NCBI GenBank assembly: GCA_964035545.1
Contig: OZ037765.1
Coordinates: forward strand, 15,076,698 to 15,140,697
Length of the DNA: 64,000 nucleotides
DNA from: Bugula neritina
Taxonomy: Eukaryota; Animalia; Bryozoa
Reading direction: 5' to 3'
The notes beneath the pieces are model-generated. The model saw only the letters and a program-made list of their open reading frames with translations. It had not been told where the DNA came from and searched no databases. Position numbers and translations under genes: made by a program. Position 1 is the first letter of the stretch. Each line of letters starts with the position of its first letter. Positions 59,301-64,000 of the stretch are shown one piece after another.

Positions 59301-62300
59301 CAACATACTGAAATATACTGCGACACATTGAAATATACTGCAGCATACTGAAATATGCTGCAGCGTATTGAAATATGCTGTAGCACACTGAATTATACTG
59401 CAACATACTGAAATATAATGCAAGTTACTACAACATACTGAAATACACTGTGACATACTGAAATACACTGCAACATACTGCAAGATACTGCAACATACTG
59501 AAATACACTGTAACATATTGAAATACACTGCAAAACCTTGAAATATAGTGCAACACACTGAAGGATACGGCAACATACTGAAATATACTGCGACACATTT
59601 AAATATACTGCAACATACTGAAATATGCTGTAGCATACTGAAATATACTGTAACACACTGTAATATACTGCAACATACTGACATATACTGGAACATACTG
59701 AAATACACTCCAACATACTACAACATACTGAAATACACTGTAACCTACTGAAATATGCTGTAACACACTGAAGTATATTGCAACATACTGAAATATAATG
59801 CAAGTAACTACAACATACTGAAACACACTGTGACATACTGAGATACACTGCAACATACTGCAACATACTGCAACATACTGAAATACACTGTAACAGACTG
59901 AAATGTACTGTAACACACTGAAATATACTGAATTACACTGGAACAAATTGAAACACACTACAACACATTGAAATATACTGCAACACACTGAAACATACAG
60001 GAACATACTGAAATATACTGCGACACATTGAAATGTACTGCAACATAGTTAAATATAATGCAAGATACTGCAACATTCTGAAATACACTGTGACATACTG
60101 AAATACACTGCAACATACTGCAACATACTGCAACATACTGAAATACACTGTAACATATTGAAATACACTGCAACACGTTGAAATATACTGTAACACACTG
60201 AAACATACGGCAACATACTGAAATATGCTGCAACACATTGAAATATACTGCAACATACTGAAATATGCTGTAGTATACTGAAACACACTGCAACACAATG
60301 AAGTATACTGTAAAATACAGAAATGTACTGTAACATATTGAAACATATGTCAACATACTGGAATGTACTGCAACATGCTGAAATATATTGCAACATACTG
60401 AAATACACTGTAACAAACCCAATTACACTGCAACAAACTGCAACATACTGAAATACGCTGTAACATATTGAAATAGGCTCCAACACATTGAACGAAACTG
60501 CAACATACCTAAATATACGACAACATACTGAAAGATACTGTACCACATTGAAAAACATTGCAACATACTGAAACATGCTGTAGCACATTAAAATACACTG
60601 TAAGATACTGAAATACACTGCAACATGCTGAAATACACTGTAACCTACTGAAATACACTGCAACATACTACAACATACTGAAATACACTGTAACATTATG
60701 AATTACACTGCAACACATTGAAAAATACTGCAACATACCGAAATATATGGCAAACTACTGAAATATACTTTAACAGATTGAAAAAAACTGCATCATACTG
60801 AAATATACTGTAACACACTGAAATATACTGCAAAACACTGAAATACACTGTAAAATACTGAAATACACTGTAACATACTGAAATATACTGCAACACACTG
60901 CAACATACTGAAATGCGCTGTAACATACTGAAATACACTGCAACATACTACAACATATTGAAATACACTGCAACACATTGAAATATACGGCAACACACTG
61001 AAACATACGGCAACATATTGAAATATACTGCAACACATTGAAATATACCGCAACATACTGAAATATGCTGTAGCACACTGAAATACACTGCAACATACTA
61101 CAACATACTGAAATACACTGTAACCTACTGAAATATGCCGTAGCACACTGAAATAAACTGCAACATACTGAAATATAATGCAAGTTACTACAACATACTG
61201 AAATACACTGCGACATACTGGGATACACTGCAACATACTGCAACATACTGTAACATACTGAAATACACTGTAACCTACTGAAATACACTGCAACATACTA
61301 CAACATACTGAAATACACTGTAACATTATGAATTACACTGCAACACATTGAAAAATACTGCAACATACCGAAATATATGGCAAACTACTGAAATATACTT
61401 TAACACATTGAAAAAAACTGCATCATACTGAAATATACTGTAACACACTGAAATATACTGCAAAACACTGAAATACACTGTAACATACTGAAATACACTG
61501 TAACATACTGAAATATTCTGCAACACACTGCAACATACTGAAATGCGCTGTAACATACTGAAATACACTGCAACATACTACAACATATTGAAATATACTG
61601 CAACACATTGAAATATACTGCAACACACTGAAACATCTGGCAACATATTGAAATATACTGCAACACATTGAAATATACCGCAACATACTGAAATATGCTG
61701 TAGCACACTGAAATACACCGCAACTCACTATAATATAGTGTAATATACAGAAGTGTACTGTAACATACTGAAATATACTGTAACATACTGAAATATACTG
61801 CAACATACTGAAGTACACTGCAACATACTGCAACATACTGAAATACACTGTAACATATTGAAATACATTACAACACATTGAAATATACTGCAACACACTG
61901 AAATATGCTGTAGCACACAGAAATACACTGCAACTCACTATAATATAGTGTAATATACAGAAATGTACTGTAACATACTGAGATACACTGCAACATACTG
62001 CAACATACTGCAACATACTGAAATACACTGTAACATATTGAAATAGACTGCAAAACCTTGAAATATACTGCAACACACTGAAGGATATGGCAACATACTG
62101 AAATAAACTGCGACACATTGAAATATACTGCAACATACTGAAATATGCTGTAGCATACTGAAATATACTGTAACACACTGTAATATACTGCAACATACTG
62201 CAACATACTGACATACACTGGAACATACTGAAATACACTGCAACATACTACAACATACTGAAATACACTGTAACCTACTGAAATATGCTGTAACACACTG

Positions 62301-64000
62301 AAGTATATTGCAACATACTGAAATATAATGCAAGTAACTACAACATACTGAAACACACTGTGACATACTGAGATACACTGCAACATACTGCAACATACTG
62401 CAACATACTGAAATACACTGTAACAGACTGAAATGTACTGTAACACACTGAAATATACTGAATTACACTGGAACAAATTGAAACACACTACAACACATTG
62501 AAATATACTGCAACACACTGAAACATACAGGAACATACTGAAATATACTGCGACACATTGAAATGTACTGCAACATAGTTAAATATAATGCAAGATACTG
62601 CAACATTCTGAAATACACTGTGACATACTGAAATACACTGCAACATACTGCAACATACTGCAACATACTGAAATACACTGTAACATATTGAAATACACTG
62701 CAACACGTTGAAATATACTGTAACACACTGAAACATACGGCAACATACTGAAATATGCTGCAACACATTGAAATATACTGCAACATACTGAAATATGCTG
62801 TAGTATACTGAAACACACTGCAACACAATGAAGTATACTGTAAAATACAGAAATGTACTGTAACATATTGAAACATATGTCAACATACTGGAATGTACTG
62901 CAACATGCTGAAATATATTGCAACATACTAAAATACACTGTAACAAACCCAATTACACTGCAACAAACTGCAACATACTGAAATACGCTGTAACATATTG
63001 AAATAGGCTCCAACACATTGAACGAAACTGCAACATACCTAAATATACGACAACATACTGAAAGATACTGTACCACATTGAAAAACATTGCAACATACTG
63101 AAACATGCTGTAGCACATTAAAATACACTGTAAGATACTGAAATACACTGCAACATGCTGAAATACACTGTAACCTACTGAAATACACTGCAACATACTA
63201 CAACATACTGAAATACACTGTAACATTATGAATTACACTGCAACACATTGAAAAATACTGCAACATACCGAAATATATGGCAAACTACTGAAATATACTT
63301 TAACAGATTGAAAAAAACTGCATCATACTGAAATATACTGTAACACACTGAAATATACTGCAAAACACTGAAATACACTGTAAAATACTGAAATACACTG
63401 TAACATACTGAAATATACTGCAACACACTGCAACATACTGAAATGCGCTGTAACATACTGAAATACACTGCAACATACTACAACATATTGAAATACACTG
63501 CAACACATTGAAATATACGGCAACACACTGAAACATACGGCAACATATTGAAATATACTGCAACACATTGAAATATACCGCAACATACTGAAATATGCTG
63601 TAGCACACTGAAATACACTGCAACATACTACAACATACTGAAATACACTGTAACCTACTGAAATATGCCGTAGCACACTGAAATAAACTGCAACATACTG
63701 AAATATAATGCAAGTTACTACAACATACTGAAATACACTGCGACATACTGGGATACACTGCAACATACTGCAACATACTGTAACATACTGAAATACACTG
63801 TAACCTACTGAAATACACTGCAACATACTACAACATACTGAAATACACTGTAACATTATGAATTACACTGCAACACATTGAAAAATACTGCAACATACCG
63901 AAATATATGGCAAACTACTGAAATATACTTTAACACATTGAAAAAAACTGCATCATACTGAAATATACTGTAACACACTGAAATATACTGCAAAACACTG
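56333..64000. repeat. 10-bp satellite array, segment 3
   Basis: Same monomers and orientation; runs off the right edge of the window. Confidence 0.99.
59710..64000. repeat. Higher-order repeat, 2530 bp x>1.7 (continues beyond the window)
   Basis: Matching ORF coordinates 59933/62463, 60696/63226 and 60793/63323. Shared private variants AAATAGGCTC, CAACACGTTG, CAACACAATG and GGATACACTG. Confidence 0.92.

Noticed and set aside
59548-59751. 67-aa plus-strand ORF
   Set aside because: A chance stop-free run in satellite sequence.
99-63856. Hundreds of minus-strand ORFs (60-578 aa) rich in C, Y, V, S, F and Q as protein-coding genes
   Set aside because: They overlap in all three frames, are direct translations of the stop-free satellite strand, and start and stop wherever variant monomers happen to fall.
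1-64000. CRISPR array or other repeat-spacer system
   Set aside because: There are no unique spacers between constant repeats; variant blocks are mutated monomers that are themselves repeated; no cas genes are present.

Overview
This window is almost entirely non-coding tandem satellite DNA, most plausibly eukaryotic heterochromatin. About 62.5 kb is one unidirectional array of a 10-bp monomer in two classes, ACTG(C/T)AACA(T/C) and ACTGAAATA(C/T), which mostly alternate as a 20-bp dimer. Recurrent variant modules are arranged into nested higher-order repeats with periods of about 0.97, 1.38, 1.69, 2.08, 2.35, 2.53, 3.0, 3.51 and 7.0 kb, plus dispersed multi-kb duplications. The only non-satellite DNA is two ~99% identical copies of a 756-bp non-autonomous DNA transposon (MITE) at 24607-25362 and 55577-56332, in opposite orientations. 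The element has 23-bp terminal inverted repeats starting CACAGGATAGTTAAGGGCA, 2-bp target-site duplications (AC and AA, confirmed by empty paralogous sites in the array), and internal motifs repeated at 180-bp spacing. These features point to the CMC (EnSpm/CACTA-Mirage-Chapaev) group. The hundreds of minus-strand Cys/Tyr/Val-rich ORFs are translations of the stop-free strand of the satellite, not genes. I find no credible protein-coding gene, RNA gene or CRISPR array. Counts and identities were made by eye and are approximate.
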